Shown piece by piece: positions 1 through 13,431 of a stretch of DNA of 64,000 nucleotides. Position 1 is the first letter of the stretch; every line of letters begins with the position of its first letter. The position numbers and the translations under genes are program-made. The notes under the pieces were generated by a model, which did no database searches, had not been told where the DNA came from, and worked only from the letters and a program-made list of their open reading frames with translations. Source of the DNA: the human T2T-CHM13v2.0 reference genome, Homo sapiens; NCBI RefSeq assembly GCF_009914755.1, contig NC_060934.1. One strand, given 5' to 3'.

Positions 1-256
1 TTTTTGCAGGAGAACCCTTGAGAAGTTGGTGGAATAATGGACATATACGTTGAAAAGTGAGTCATTGGCTCCAGGTATATTCCGGGTATATGGTACCTGC
101 TGTACCTTAAGAAGTGAAAACAGTTACAAAAAGATAAGATTAAAAAAATTAAAAAAACCCAAAAAGATAAGAGTGTTTAGTACAGGTAGTATAATAGTAG
201 GGTAAATAATAACAATAACAATGATAATTTTAATTTCAGACTGCCCATTATTGGTT

Positions 257-597
257 TATCAGTTAGGTTCAGCTAAGTTATGCTGCAGTAACAACCCCCA
301 AATCTCAAAGGAATAAAATAGCACAGATGTATTTCTTGCTTATGCTTTGTGTACATTGTGGATTGGCAGAGGGACTCTGATTGTTTTCGTCACATAGGGG
401 CTAAAGATGGCGGAGCAGTCAACATCTTGGGCATTGCTGGACACTGAGCCAAAGGGAAAGAAAGCTCTGAAGGGTCTTGCATTGGCAATTAAATGTGCCA
501 CAGCTCGTGGGCAGAACTAGTCACAAGACCCCATTCTACATTGTCATTCAAAAAGGGGAGAACTGGAAAGATTTGGTAAGCAGCTTTAATAACTATT
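257..597 (-). mobile_element. MaLR LTR, MLT1K/MLT1L-like (ancient solo LTR)
   Basis: Matches recalled MLT1K-type consensus in reverse: agttagg..ttatgctgcagtaacaaccccc..aaatctca, tatttcttgct, agggaaagaaagctctgaagggtcttgcattggcaattaaatg, agaactagtcaca. Confidence 0.7.
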
Positions 598-734
598 GAT
601 TGGTTATTCACAAAAGATACTTATTAAAAACCTTCTCTGAACATAAAAATAGTGTTATTAGCTTTAGCGGTACATGATTGGTGATGACTGAAGAGTATAA
701 TAATTGAGTATAATAATTGAGCAGAAAAGCTGTA

Positions 735-880
735 AGACGATGAGTCAGTTCAACCCTCTCACTTTTACAGATGAGGAAATAAAGATCCAGAAAGGGGAAA
801 TAACTTCTCAAGTTCATAGCATTGGAGAGGAGCATGATGGAGATGCAATCTGGTTTCCTTGACTTGAATTCAATGTGATT
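735..880 (-). mobile_element. MIR SINE fragment
   Basis: MIR core ttttacagatgaggaaa..agaaaggggaaataactt. Confidence 0.7.
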
Positions 881-1937
881 TCCTCCTTCTGCCTCTCCTG
901 TGTAATCTTGGAAGCCCCAACTTCCTTGTGTGTATTGCTATGAAACCTGTGAGTGCTGGCGATGCAAGGCCTAACTGCCCCTCCACTGACTTCAGTCCTT
1001 CGTTGGCAGATCTCAGTTTGTCCAGGTACTCTATGTCCATTTTTAGTTCCTTATGTTCTCTTTTCTAGACTCCTCTCCTTGGCCATCATAATATCATTTT
1101 CCTGCAGATTCACTTGATTCTTATTTCCAGTACTAGAATCTGAATGTTTGCATTGAATTGTACAAGTATGACACAGGGTACATGTGGTGGCCATGAGGCA
1201 GTGAGGAGATGTTCAGCAGAGTCACCTCAAGGAGGTGAGATCAGTAGGAACTCCACCAAATAAAATGTTTATTGATTTTTTTGCCCATAATATATACCTG
1301 GCCCCCTTTAAGAGTGTGAGGGATATAGTGATTTGGTCTAGAGAATGATTTGACTTTCTAATTTGTCTGTTTCAGTAGAGTTAGAAGACACTGTTGGTTG
1401 ACATTTCTACTGGTTTATTTTACCTTTTTTTTTTTTTAAAGTAGTTCAAGTTTCTCCTTCAGACATTAGGGGAGAGTGAATAGGCTCCAGGTTTTTAGAC
1501 AGAGACAGAAAACCTTATAATACTTGTTGTTAGCAGCTAAGGGGTTGTACTTTCCAAATGATGTTCACTTTAGACCAGGGTAGACCTTCCTGTTAGAGGA
1601 GCATTCTTTTTTTTTTTTTTCTTGAGGTCAGAATTACGGACATAAGTATTTTTCAGCAGGGCATGTGTTATAACCCAGGATTTTGGCATTTGATTCTTAA
1701 GTCACTAATGTCTATGGGAGACCAGGTGGAGGGCAGTATGCCTTTGTGGCATCAGAAAGAGATTTTATTACCCATTTTAAGGACCTTATCAGCTCTATGA
1801 CTTATCAGCTCTAATGGATACTCATGATCCATTAGAAATTAAAAAACAAAAGCTTAAGAAAAGCTAACTTCATTAAATTATATGCTAGAAACACGTGGGC
1901 AACTCGTTCTCTCTCTCTGTATTATGTGCATGTAAGA

Positions 1938-1969
1938 GTGTGTGTGTGTGTGTGCGTGTGTGTGTGTGT
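1938..1969. repeat. (GT)n microsatellite
   Basis: Directly visible, one GC interruption. Confidence 0.95.
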
Positions 1970-2014
1970 CTCATTCGCGCTCTAGAACTGGCTTTTGAAG
2001 TAGGTATCATTGCA

Positions 2015-2241
2015 TGGCTAACACCTGAGTGCTTGCTTTTGCTCACATGTTGGTTGCCATCCTAAGTGCTTTATTTAAATTAATACACTTCATCCTTACA
2101 GTCGCCCTCTGGAGTAGATACTCTTATTATCCCCCTTTTGAAAATGGGAAAACTAAGTTATGGAATATAATTTGTATAAAGTCACATAGCTGGGAAATGA
2201 TGGAACCAAGGTTCAAATCCAGGCAGTCTGGCCTCAGAGCT
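2015..2241 (-). mobile_element. MIR SINE, near full length
   Basis: ttattatccccc..gaaaactaag..aagtcacatagct..ggttcaaatccaggcagtctggcctcagagc. Confidence 0.8.
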
Positions 2242-2309
2242 GGCAGGTGAACCCTTCCACGGGGCTTCCTTCCTCCCTGTTCCCACCCCATTAGTGAGGG
2301 AGGAGATAC

Positions 2310-2465
2310 AGAGTAGTGCAGTGTGATCTAGACATGGAATCAGATTTGGATTCCAACCCCAGCTCCGACCCCTACTCTCTGTGCTACTTTAGGCAACTCC
2401 CTTAGCATCTCTCGGCTTCATTTTCCCCACCAGCAAAGTAAGAACACTGGCCCTTACCTCAGAGG
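2310..2465 (+). mobile_element. MIR SINE fragment
   Basis: ggaatcagatttggattccaaccccagctcc..tttaggcaactcccttagcatctctcggcttcatttt. Confidence 0.6.
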
Positions 2466-2691
2466 CCATAGTCCTTACAGTGAGGAACTTGTACCCAGGG
2501 AATATCTCATTAGAACCACAGCTGTGCTGAAAGACAGTGTTAATTTTTATAATCTACAGATGAGCAGGGAATAAGCTGAAACAGTATTTAATAGTCAGAC
2601 TGAACTGGTGCCCTCACTTGGTGCAGGTGTCTAGCACATAAACAGGTGGCACATGGGCAGGGGTGGTTCCAGAGGCCACCTGGGAACTCTG

Positions 2692-2785
2692 AACAGTGGT
2701 CCATAGTGACACCTTCACCTCTTTTTTTTTGTCTTCAACAGTGGTCCGTAGTGACACCTTCACCTCTTTTTTTTTTTTTGTCTTC
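2692..2785. repeat. Two-copy tandem duplication (45 and 49 bp units)
   Basis: aacagtggtcc(a/g)tagtgacaccttcacctc(T)9/(T)13gtcttc at 2692-2736 and 2737-2785. Confidence 0.95.
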
Positions 2786-3002
2786 AGCATTTTGTAAATT
2801 TTATTACAGTTTCTGGCTATAAGATGTCAGTAATAGGTTTAATTTTATTTTTTAAAAACCCTCAAAAAGCAGAACCTTTATAATGGTTATGAGTTGGGGA
2901 TTGAATAGAAAAATCTTTCTACAGAGGTTCCTCAATTATGTCATGAGAAAGAATTTGCGTTTTTGTTGTTGTTACAAATATGAGTTCTCAGTTTTTCTTT
3001 TA

Positions 3003-3320
<318 letters not shown>

Positions 3321-3790
3321 TCAAACTTTCTGAATTTGTTCATCCCTAATGCCTAACAGTACTAGAAGTCCTCACAGATATGTTTGGCCAAAAATACATT
3401 TGAAAATAATGCCTTCTGACGGAAAATCCTGCTATGGAGAGAACATTTTGAAAACAGATGTTTGGAAAGGTTTTCATCATCATGTGAGCTCAATGCTGAA
3501 AACTATCTAGGTGTGTTATCTATAAAAACACTTATCTCTGCTTACTTTAAATTTGGAAAATGAATTTTCTAGCCATTAAAAAAGTCTGCCCAAAGAAGAG
3601 TTTTAGTGGGCTTTGAATTTATTTGTTAAAAATATAAAATTGCCATACATTTTGGTTAATTGACATCAAGGAATGTGGAAACTTACCCATTGAATTTAAA
3701 CAATAATCTGAGTGTGACTGGTTAATGAGGCTGAAAAAGAGTATCATGATTTAATACACTCATCTACTGATTGGTTTCTTCCATACGTAC

Positions 3791-4277
3791 TGTGGTACTG
3801 AATTATGGACCCCCAAAGGCATGTTGTCGCAATCCCTGGAGCCTGTGAATGTTACCTTATATGGAAAAAGGGTCTTTGCAGATGTGATTAGGTTAAAGAT
3901 TTTGAGATGGGGGATTATCTTGGATTATTCTGGTGGGACCCAGATACAATCCCAGGGTCCTCCTAATGGTGAGGCAGAGGGAAATTTGGTACAGACAGAA
4001 GAGGAAAAGGCATTTGTGACCATGGAGGCAGAAATTGGAGTGAGTCTACCACAAGCCAAGAGATGCTGGCAACCACTAGATGCTGGAAGAAGAAGGAATG
4101 GGTTCTCTCCTAGAACCTCTGGAGGGAGTGTGGCCCTGCTGTCACCTTGATTTCAGCCCCATGTTACTAATTTCAGGCTCTGGCCTTCAGAACTGAATCA
4201 GAGAATAAATTTCTGGTTTTTAAAAATGCCATCAAGTTTGGGATAATTTGTTTCAGCAGCCATATGAAACAAATACA
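3791..4277 (+). mobile_element. MLT1C/MLT1D-type solo LTR (MaLR)
   Basis: TG..CA termini; ctgtgaatgttaccttatatggaaaaagggtctttgcagatgtgatt, gagaataaatttctg, aaacaaataca; degenerate 5-bp flanks cgtac/tatac. Explains ORF 3821-4150. Confidence 0.88.
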
Positions 4278-4542
4278 TATACCTAAGTGACTTTTGAGCT
4301 ATGATTCATTTATTAAAGTCAAGTTTTAAACTGAAATTAGAATTAAACCTTTGTGTGAGTTTTTTTTTTTTTTTACCAAATATTAAACCAATATTTTAAA
4401 AAATAATGAAGCATCATTATATGACATCTGTCTAATGAAAAAAATATAAAGCAGTATATATATTATTTGGTGAGTGCAAAGAATTTTAGCATCATTAATA
4501 AATATAATTGCCTATAAAATCTTTATTTCCTTTCTCATTCTT

Positions 4543-4727
<185 letters not shown>

Positions 4728-4826
4728 TAATTTATAAATAACATCATGTTGGGGTACATGAGCGAGCAAGTTTGGAGAGCTTTCTCTAAGAGATTATTAC
4801 CAAGATGAGAGGTAAATGTGAAAACT

Positions 4827-4905
4827 CCTGGAACATGGAAGGCATCCAATATGTATTTGTTGGATGGATGGATGGGTGGGTGGGTGAATGGATGGATGGA
4901 TGGAT
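4827..4905 (+). mobile_element. L2 3' end with (GGAT/GGGT)n tail
   Basis: cctggaacatggaaggcatccaatatgtatttgttg followed by tetranucleotide repeat. Confidence 0.65.
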
Positions 4906-5944
4906 AATGAAAAAAACAGGGTCCTAGGTTAAGCAGTAGGCCCAGGGAAGCATGGCTGATAGTAGGGCTTAGCTGTCGGCCCAGGTGTGTTCGATTCCAA
5001 AGCATGTGATCATTCCACTTTGCAGTCATTAAATGAAGAACTATGCAAATCATCTGTTTCACAATTTACTGAAGAGTACCAAGTGAGACTTAATGGCAAA
5101 CTTGTTGGACTAACTCATCTCCTCGGCATTGGAGTGGGATGGGGAGCAGAAAGTGCGATAGAGAACTCCTGCATTGAGTGTGACTGTGCTGGCCTTGGAT
5201 GTCAGGTAGCAGGTGGCATTGGGAAGGGGAGTCCAAGGCCTTTGTGGTGGGCTGTGCTGTAGGACTGTGCTCAGCTTTCTTGTGGCAGGCAGCTTTAGGC
5301 TTTTGCCTGAACGCGAGAGGCTGTGAGAATCTGCCAACCATACCACAATAGAATATTTGTGAGCAACAACTCCTCTTCCCTACAGGGAGTATTGGAATAG
5401 AAATAAAATTCATACACTAACTGGTTTTGGACAATCAAGATGCCCACACCTATGATCCTGGGGAACAGGGAGATAGATGTTCAGATAAATTAAATTTCAA
5501 CAACCCTCCAGCCTGATTTTAGCCAATAGCTTCAGTCTCCTTTCTGATCCAAGACACACAAGCAGCTTTCACTCCAAGTGTTAGCAATAAGCTACCTGGA
5601 TTTGGAAGCTCTCTCTCTTTTTGATAGATCTAATAATGCACTCATCTTTTGACAGATCAAATAATGACAGGAAAATAGCCAGTGGGTCGGTGGGTGCTGA
5701 AGGGAGGTAATAAGAGTTTCTGAGCAGTGATAATCTTTAGTCAAACAGCACCTGTAAACAGGGGAGCAGACCCCCACTAGCTGAATCATGAGCTGAGTCA
5801 GCTCAGTCTTTAAAACACAAGAACAAAGGGCAGTTTCTGGAAATCTTCTTGTGCAGTGGTAATGATGGAGTAGTGGGTTCTGTTTCATTGCTCTGGCCAC
5901 TCTAATAGCCTCCTAGGAGGGGAATTCCCTCAATAACCTTTGTT

Positions 5945-6525
5945 TCTGATCCATTTTCTATACTGTCATGTCACTCCCAGGCTACAACCTCCCAACAATC
6001 TCCCTTAGATTCTAATCGCTTCCCATTATTTGCAGTATTTTATCTTTCTCCTCCCTCCTAATGCTTCGGCCGCATGTTTCTCTGATTTTTCTCTGCAGAA
6101 GGCTCTTACCGCTGGGCCCTTGCACATGCCATTCCCACTGTTTGCACCTCCCACATCCTCAATCTTCACCTAGCTAACACCTTTGCATTTTTCAAGTCTC
6201 AGTTTAAACGTGACTTCTTCCAGAAGGCACTCCCTGCACCCTGTTGACTAGTTTGGCTTTCCTTGCGATGTGCTCCCAGAGCATCTTGAATGTCTACTCT
6301 CGTCACAGTCATTTAACTTGTAATTATATATTCAGTTTCTGTTGGCCCTGCAGACCATCATCTCTCAGAGGTCACTGCACATTACCTGGGCACATGATAA
6401 GTGCTCAGTCAATATTTGCCAACTGGATAGATGAAGCTTTTCAAGAGAGAAGGTACTGTGTGATTTGTACCCCTACAACTTAGCATAGTAGCTGGCACCT
6501 AATACACGTTGATTGAAGTGAGTTC
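5945..6525 (+). mobile_element. L2 LINE 3' fragments
   Basis: tttgcacatgccattcccactg, ttcaagtctcagtttaaacgtgacttcttccagaaggc, ggcacatgataagtgctcagtcaatattt. Confidence 0.7.
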
Positions 6526-8819
6526 ATCAGAGAGGCTGTGGACCAAGACTTTAGGGGCCCACTAAAGACCTAGATGCGGGTATTGGGTCTCCTTTCTTCA
6601 CTCTGTCATCCCCTTTACCCTATTCAGTGAAGCCCAGGTCTGAGTACCGAGGCCAACTGTGGAAGGATGGTGGTGTTCATGGGATAGATCATACATCAGT
6701 TGGCCTTTGGAAAGGGAAAAAAACCCCACAAATATTCAGATTCATTGATGACATATTTCTAGAAATAACAAATAGATTATTTTTATTGCCATATTTTTGA
6801 AATGTAAAAACAAATAAAAGATGTAAGAGTTATAGGCAATTACAGTGGCAACCTTCGCATTTGGTTTGCAGCCTTAGGCTTCTTAAGTGATTCCTTATGA
6901 GTTGTGGTATAGTTTTCATGTGTGTGTCTCATTTTTGACCTGGGAGTGAGAATAATAATTTTGAGGTGATGAAAATAAATACTCAACTGACTAGTAAGCA
7001 CAGAAATGGGTCTCAGGACTACAGATATCAGCCCCAACATCTGAAATGTAAATATCTCCTGAAATTCCCATTTAAGAGCAGATTTCACCTGCAAGTAGAC
7101 TGTTATATCTTCCTGAAAAATATATACACCCTAGTGAGGGAATAAACACATCATTACACTTTCATGACAGATAAGCTCGGCTCTGTTTGGATGTAAACTC
7201 ATTTTTCTTGGGTTGACCTTTAAATAGTATTGTGTTATTGTATGGGATTTAAATCAATAATTTTGTCAAAGCAAAATATACTGCAGTTTTTTTTTCTTTA
7301 TCATTTAAACAGTTCTGTAAACTCTCAACGAGTAATGGATTTCAACACGCTTTTCCCAGGAAGGGAAGAAGGGAGAAGGGGTGGGATTGGGGGACGCAAG
7401 CGTCATATAAAAACTCACTTAGCAGCAATGAGGCAGAAACCAGGGATAACTGCAGATCTGCCGATCTGAGAGAGTTCCGTTTTCTCTTCCAGGCAGCAGA
7501 TAGAGGTGCCAGTGTGGGCTGTAATTAGTGGTGTAATACCTTTCCTGCATTCCTGTTGTAAAGCAACAAAGTGTCCCAGGTGTGAGGAGGTTAAAATGAG
7601 AAGTACCCAGTAGTTATGAAGCAGCAATAATGAGTTTCCTTCTACTTAGCATGGATTTGTGTGATATACAGCTTGCAATTAAGCATGGCTTGGTGATTCA
7701 GTGATTAATGTATATACAGCTCCTAAAGGAGGGAAGCCGCCCTCCTGTCACATCCTTCATGATGTTTACAGCTGGGTACCTATTAACAGGAAGATGGAAA
7801 GGGCCATTTACAATTCAGTAACCTTTATGACAGCGAACTCTTTAATCAGCATTTTATTTCCTTTGTAACACTTTAGTCATCTACAAATGTCAGAATAAAA
7901 TAGGGCCATGAAATATTTAGGATCGGCATGTGGAAATTGACTTCCCTTGATTTAAGCTGCTGTGTCTTTTCATTTTGTTGTTTTGGGAGCTTTTACTTTT
8001 ATTGAAAGACAATTTATAACTAAATGCTCCCAACAGTGACTGGCATTAGGGTAGGAGGAATTTCAGAGAGCCAAGTTCTGGTTCTATAAAATGTGCCGAC
8101 GCTTGCTATATTGGGTAATAAGTTATTCAAATAAAAACATTAGCAAAGGGTTTGCATTTCAGAGCAGTATTTAGTAGAGGTACAGCAGACTCTGCAGAGT
8201 TTATGACAAAATACTCTGACATATTTTAGAAAGGTAATTAAGTATGAAGTACATCCATAATAATTTAAGTCAGTTATAGTGTATACCTGAAATATGCATT
8301 ATTGTCTCACATCATTTTCTTAGTGGGATTCTGGGACTTTTTCAGTTCAACAATAACCACCTTTCAGCTTTCTTGTATTGTTGCAAATGTACATCATATG
8401 TATTAGCAGAATTGTCATGTTTATATTTTTTAAAAGTCCTTTATGTAGTGATCATATTATTGTATTAAATGATTGCATTATTATTTTGTACTCATACCTT
8501 TTGTTAATCCATTTTAAGCCAGTGAACCCAAACATACCTCAAATGATGAGTTTTAAAAGTTAATCTTGGAAATGGCATGCTTTAAGAATTTGTCATGGTG
8601 CAGGACCATTATCCACCTCCCCACTCCTCAAAAAAGTTCCTGGTGACCTTTGTTGGCCGTGAGGTGACCCTCAGTTTAGGAAGCTAGTTCTTTTTCAGAG
8701 TTAGTGATAGAGTCTTGGTCTCATGTTGGCCATATGGAATCATCTTTCACACTTTTCTATGAGGTATTGGGAAGGTGTTACCTTTTCTTTTCTACTGCAT
8801 GGAAACCAGTAGCTGGAGC

Positions 8820-8975
8820 CAGCCTGGTGCAGTGGAAAGACCAGTAGCCCGAGCCAGGTGGGTCCAGGTCTCAGCCCTGCCGTGAATTGTGTCATGGGCA
8901 AGTTTCTTACCTTTCTGCACTTCTGTTTTCCCATCTGTAAACTGAACTGGTTTATTGGGTTAGATTGCCTCTAAG
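8820..8975 (+). mobile_element. MIR (MIR3/MIRc-like)
   Basis: ggtgcagtggaaaga..tgggcaagtttcttacctttctgcacttctgttttcccatctgtaaa. Confidence 0.75.
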
Positions 8976-9984
8976 GGAACAGTGAGAGAGGAGAGGGAAA
9001 GGGTAATACACAGAGAATAAATTAAGACCTTAAATTCAAACTGCCACAAGTAGAGGGTTTCTGTAACTAAACAGTGTGAATATGAGTCTTAAAGAGAATG
9101 TCTTTACCTAGATGATGGAAGGTGAACTATTGGGGGCTGGGAGTGGGATGGGGAAAGTGTGATTGGCTTATGAATTTGTTGTTGTTATTGCTAAAGAGTT
9201 AAAGTATATATTGAAGCATTTAGCGTGGAACGAGACACAGTGTGTTATTTTCTCTTTTCCTTGCTTTCATAAAAGCTCAAGGCCCCCAGATGTCTTCTGG
9301 TAACAAAACCCCAGTCTTCAAAGTATCAGCAATGGTGTTGAGCTGAGATGTTTATGAAGAAAGTTGAGTTACTAATTTTGAGGGTTTCCCCCACTAAATT
9401 CAGAGAATAAGAGGGGAGGGAGACCCGAGGATGGGAAGTCTAACTCTGGGCAGTTGGGTGAGGAAAGGGCTCAGAGCTTAGGGTAATTACAGGAAAAGCC
9501 TTTCTCCAATTTAAAAATCTCATCTCCAGCTGTCCTCAATGGCTCACTTTTGAAATGGGTCTTTGGAACATTAAATGGGTGGAAGCAGGCAGGACCTTAT
9601 AAAGTGGACAGGAGAGGCTCTGAACCCTCAGACTGGAGAAAGGAGAAACTGGAGTTTTCTCATTAGAAGTGGGAGAGTTACCTGGAAATTTTGGAGGAGG
9701 GGCCGAATGATGGCAGAGTCAAGGCTAGAGCCGTGCGTGAGCGATGATGATGAGTAGGTGGTGATGTGTGGGAGAATAACTGGAAAAGGAGGATGGGGAG
9801 TGCAGGAGAGCAACATTTCAAAATGGCTCTTATTCCATCCTTTCCCCTCATCCCACAAAGCGTCCCTGCAGTGCTGTCTTGAAAGCCAAGAAGCAGTGGG
9901 AGCCTGGGAAACCCTGGTGGCTATAGGTTTTGCTCCCAGTTTTCTATTTTTTAATTCATTTAGCTTCTTTACTTTTGCATTTTT

Positions 9985-10465
9985 AAAAATCATTTTTTAA
10001 ATTACAAAAGCTCTGTGAAACATAACCACAGAAAGTTTGAGAGAGAAATGAAAGAATAACAACAGTGGTCTTTAATCTTGCCGCATTATCACAACTTTTA
10101 TTATTTGTGTCTATTCCTTTTTCTGGAGGCATAACGCTGTATAGGTAAAATGACAGCCAAGTGTCAATTTCGTGTCCTTTTTCACCTGACAGGAGATCAT
10201 ACACTTTTTGCCATGTTGCTTCACTGTCTTTATTATCATTTTTGAAGACTGCATACTATTCTATCAAACAAGGATTCCATTCTTTTTAAAAATAATTTTA
10301 AACATATTTTAAAACCCCACTATGGACTATATAGTTTTCTCACATATTTTTTTTTTGCCATTTTAGCAGTATAATGTATGTCTTCATGTATTGCATATAC
10401 GTTTTCCACATTTTGTATTATTTCCTTAGGAATATAATCCCAGGTATAGAAATATTGGGCTGATG
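9985..10465 (-). mobile_element. Old L1M (L1ME-like) 3' UTR fragment
   Basis: gactgcatactattct.., tatttccttagga..atcccagg..aatattggg pattern typical of reversed L1ME 3' ends. Confidence 0.55.
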
Positions 10466-10739
10466 AGACACCATTGTTTTGCATTACTTGTATAGTTCAC
10501 AAGATTTTAAAAGTCTTAGATAAGTTTCTCCAAAGTTTTGGGCTGTGTAGTTACTCCAGGGTCAAATGATTTTCATAAGAAGCTTGTATTCCTATAGAGA
10601 ATTTTGGACATTTGAGGCCTTATGAGGATCAAAAGTCATGTGGATGATACTATTCACTTAAAATTCTGCTTTAGTAGGTAATAGAATTCAGGAAAAAGCA
10701 AACTGGATGTGGTGAGCAATGAACAGAATGAGGATTGGC

Positions 10740-10935
10740 ATCTGCTGAGCTTGCAGAGTATGTTAGGGATCATCAACCATGCAACCTCATTTAAATCACG
10801 AGACAATCCTATACGTTGAGAATTATTGGTACCACTTTTTTTTTTTTTTTTTTTCAGATGAGGAAACTGAAACTCAGTGAGTTTATACCTGAGGCCATCC
10901 AGCTTTTACGGAGTCAGAATTCGAAGTCAGGTCCA
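10740..10935 (-). mobile_element. MIR SINE with expanded T run
   Basis: ctcatttaaatcacgagacaatcctat..(T)n cagatgaggaaactga..gaattcgaagtcagg. Confidence 0.8.
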
Positions 10936-13431
10936 CCCTGCCATGCACCCTTTGTCTAAAGACATGTAGATAGATGAAGTGGTGGTGGGGACCTCAGTAT
11001 ACTCTTGGATAAGCATTAGATGGTGGCCATTTCCCCTTTGTAATATTAGAAACTCTTATTCTGACCACTGGAACTTAAGCTTTTGTAGTGATTGTTGTTC
11101 CCTTCTGCATACCCCTCTTTATGCAATTCTCTCAAGTCACAATACATAGTTTTGCTTTAGTGCCTTGGGGCGTTGGAGATTTGCAGTAGGCTGGCTGAAA
11201 GGCAGTAGGTAGGATGTTTAGGGCATGTTAGGATGGTGTGTTTGTGTGTGTATACCTCTGGAGGAGCTGGCATCCAGACCGCTTTGGCCCTATCAGATTT
11301 TACTATCTCCCTCTGTGTTTTCCAAGAGGCAGTGGAGGAACTAAGATGTGTCAGATGGGGAGAAAAGAGAATGGCCTTGCTTTTGGAAAGCCAATTTGGG
11401 AACCACTGTAAGTGTGGGGCCCACAGAAACTGAAGGCTGCTCTGAAAGAACCATCCAGGGCCCTTGCAGAAACCCTCCGCCTGACCAGCAAGGAGCAATG
11501 AAAAGGGTGATGCTCAAGGTTAAGGGACCGATCCAAGGTCATAACACCCATGGATGCCAGGCAGATTTAGAAGCAAGGGTCCCCATCCTCCCCACAGGGA
11601 AGAGCCAGTTAGAAAATGCAGATGAAAGCCGGTGACCGAGGATGCTGAGCAGGGAGACCCAGGGAGGGCTTTATGACTCAGCCTTCATCTTGCCTGGGCC
11701 TGGTCTGCAGTGTCTTCTCCCCTTTGAGGCTGCGAGAGAGCTGGAATTCCCACATGGGGAGGATGGTTTTCTACCACTGACTTGGGTCTTAAATAAAATG
11801 GGAAGGCGGACAGGGCTGTAAGAGGTTTGGAGGCTGGTGGCCGTGTTGTTTGGGTCCTTGTGTCTCTATGGCCCTGCCCCTTTCCTGCCAGTACTGTGTT
11901 TAAACCTCAGTCTGGTATTTTTCCCTGTTAGAGGTGGGGACGGGGACTGGGGCTTTTTTGCCTCACCCTGATGATTAGGACATATTAACCCACATTCATT
12001 CGGCCACTTTGCTGCCTCTCGGTCAGGATTATTTAAATGTTTATCCTTCCTTACTTCTTGACCTTTCTTGTTCAGTCCTAGTTCCTGGGTCCTGCTTGTT
12101 TTGTGTTTCATGAGCTTAGCAAACCGTGGCCTCCAATTCCCTAGTTCTAGTGTTTTCACTTAAGATGAGGAGTGATGAGCCAAAGGTTTCAGGCTCAATC
12201 CTTGAGCAAAGGGCCGCTCTGACAGGGATTATTATTTATTTGTCATCTTGGATGTAATAAGCTGTAGGTACAGCTTCGAGAGCCCTTGATTTATTGCGCT
12301 GTCTGCTGCCACTAGCAGGGCGTCTGCTCCACCACGCAGGATGAATACCACACTGTCAGCTTCGTCGATCTGTCTCCGCCACTGCTCTCTCTCTCATAAC
12401 ACATTCCCATTTCATGCCAGAATACATAAACAATCTTTCATTATTTTGATGCCTTTTTCATATTTGTTCTTTACAGAACATAAAGTTTGAATTTATGGGT
12501 TTCCTTTACATTATTTCAACACACTCCACCATTTTCCGGGTTTGTGGTTTAACTCTCAGAAATTGGCTGCCAGGTGATTTAGTTATTTTGGCTTTCTAGT
12601 TTTATAGTTATTTAATACCGCAATGCCAGATACTGAGAAAATGGAGTGCATGGGAGGTGTGGGATTTGCAGTTTAGGCTCTCGTCATCAAAGCGATGTGA
12701 TCCCTGGGATGAGGCATGGGGTTAACAACAAGGCACAGGAGATAGGAGATCATTGGCTCAATTAAAAAAAAATCCCACCTCAAAAATGTTATTTAGATGA
12801 TCAGTCACCCAGGGCCTTGATGGAGCTTGAAAGGAAAAAAGGAACATCCTGCAACTTTGGAACGAGCAAGGGTTTCTAAATTAGTGGTCAAAACACCCCA
12901 CCCAGTTTTGTCTGCTTTTCCCATAGCAGCAGCTCTCAGCATTCTTTATTTTCACCTGCTCTGTGTTTGCGAGGCTTGACCATATGGCCTCATTTTGAAG
13001 AATTTTCGTGCTTTTGCTTTTGTTTTTCCTAACTGGTAAAAGAACTTGTGTTTGAAGGCATTTGCATAGGAATAGGAAGTTGCTGCCTCTTTTTTCCTGG
13101 CAGAAGGACAGGCTTGGGAAATGGATTCCATACCTGCTTATTTCTTCACTTATTTGCATTGTCATTTGCATGGATTCCCTCGCCCCACTCTCATCTTCAT
13201 CTTTTGTCTCAAATTTCATGATCTTACTTTTAACTGAACATAACAATTCTATGTTAAATGTTTTCAAAACTAAGCACCTTAATTTTTTTTATTAAAAAAA
13301 GGTTTTCCCCAGTTATTTTCTGTGAAATTAAATTTTTAAAGAGACAACAGGAAAATAAATTTATAGAGTAGATTGCAATGATGATGCTAACACTGGTGAT
13401 GAGGACTTTACATTTTTGCATGAGGGTATGA

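Noticed and set aside
3821-4150. 109-aa ORF
   Set aside because: Entirely inside the MLT1C/D LTR
12306-12326. CTCF-like ccactagcagggcg (also ctagcagggggcat at ~33563)
   Set aside because: The first has an extra base in the core; the second lacks the near-invariant second C
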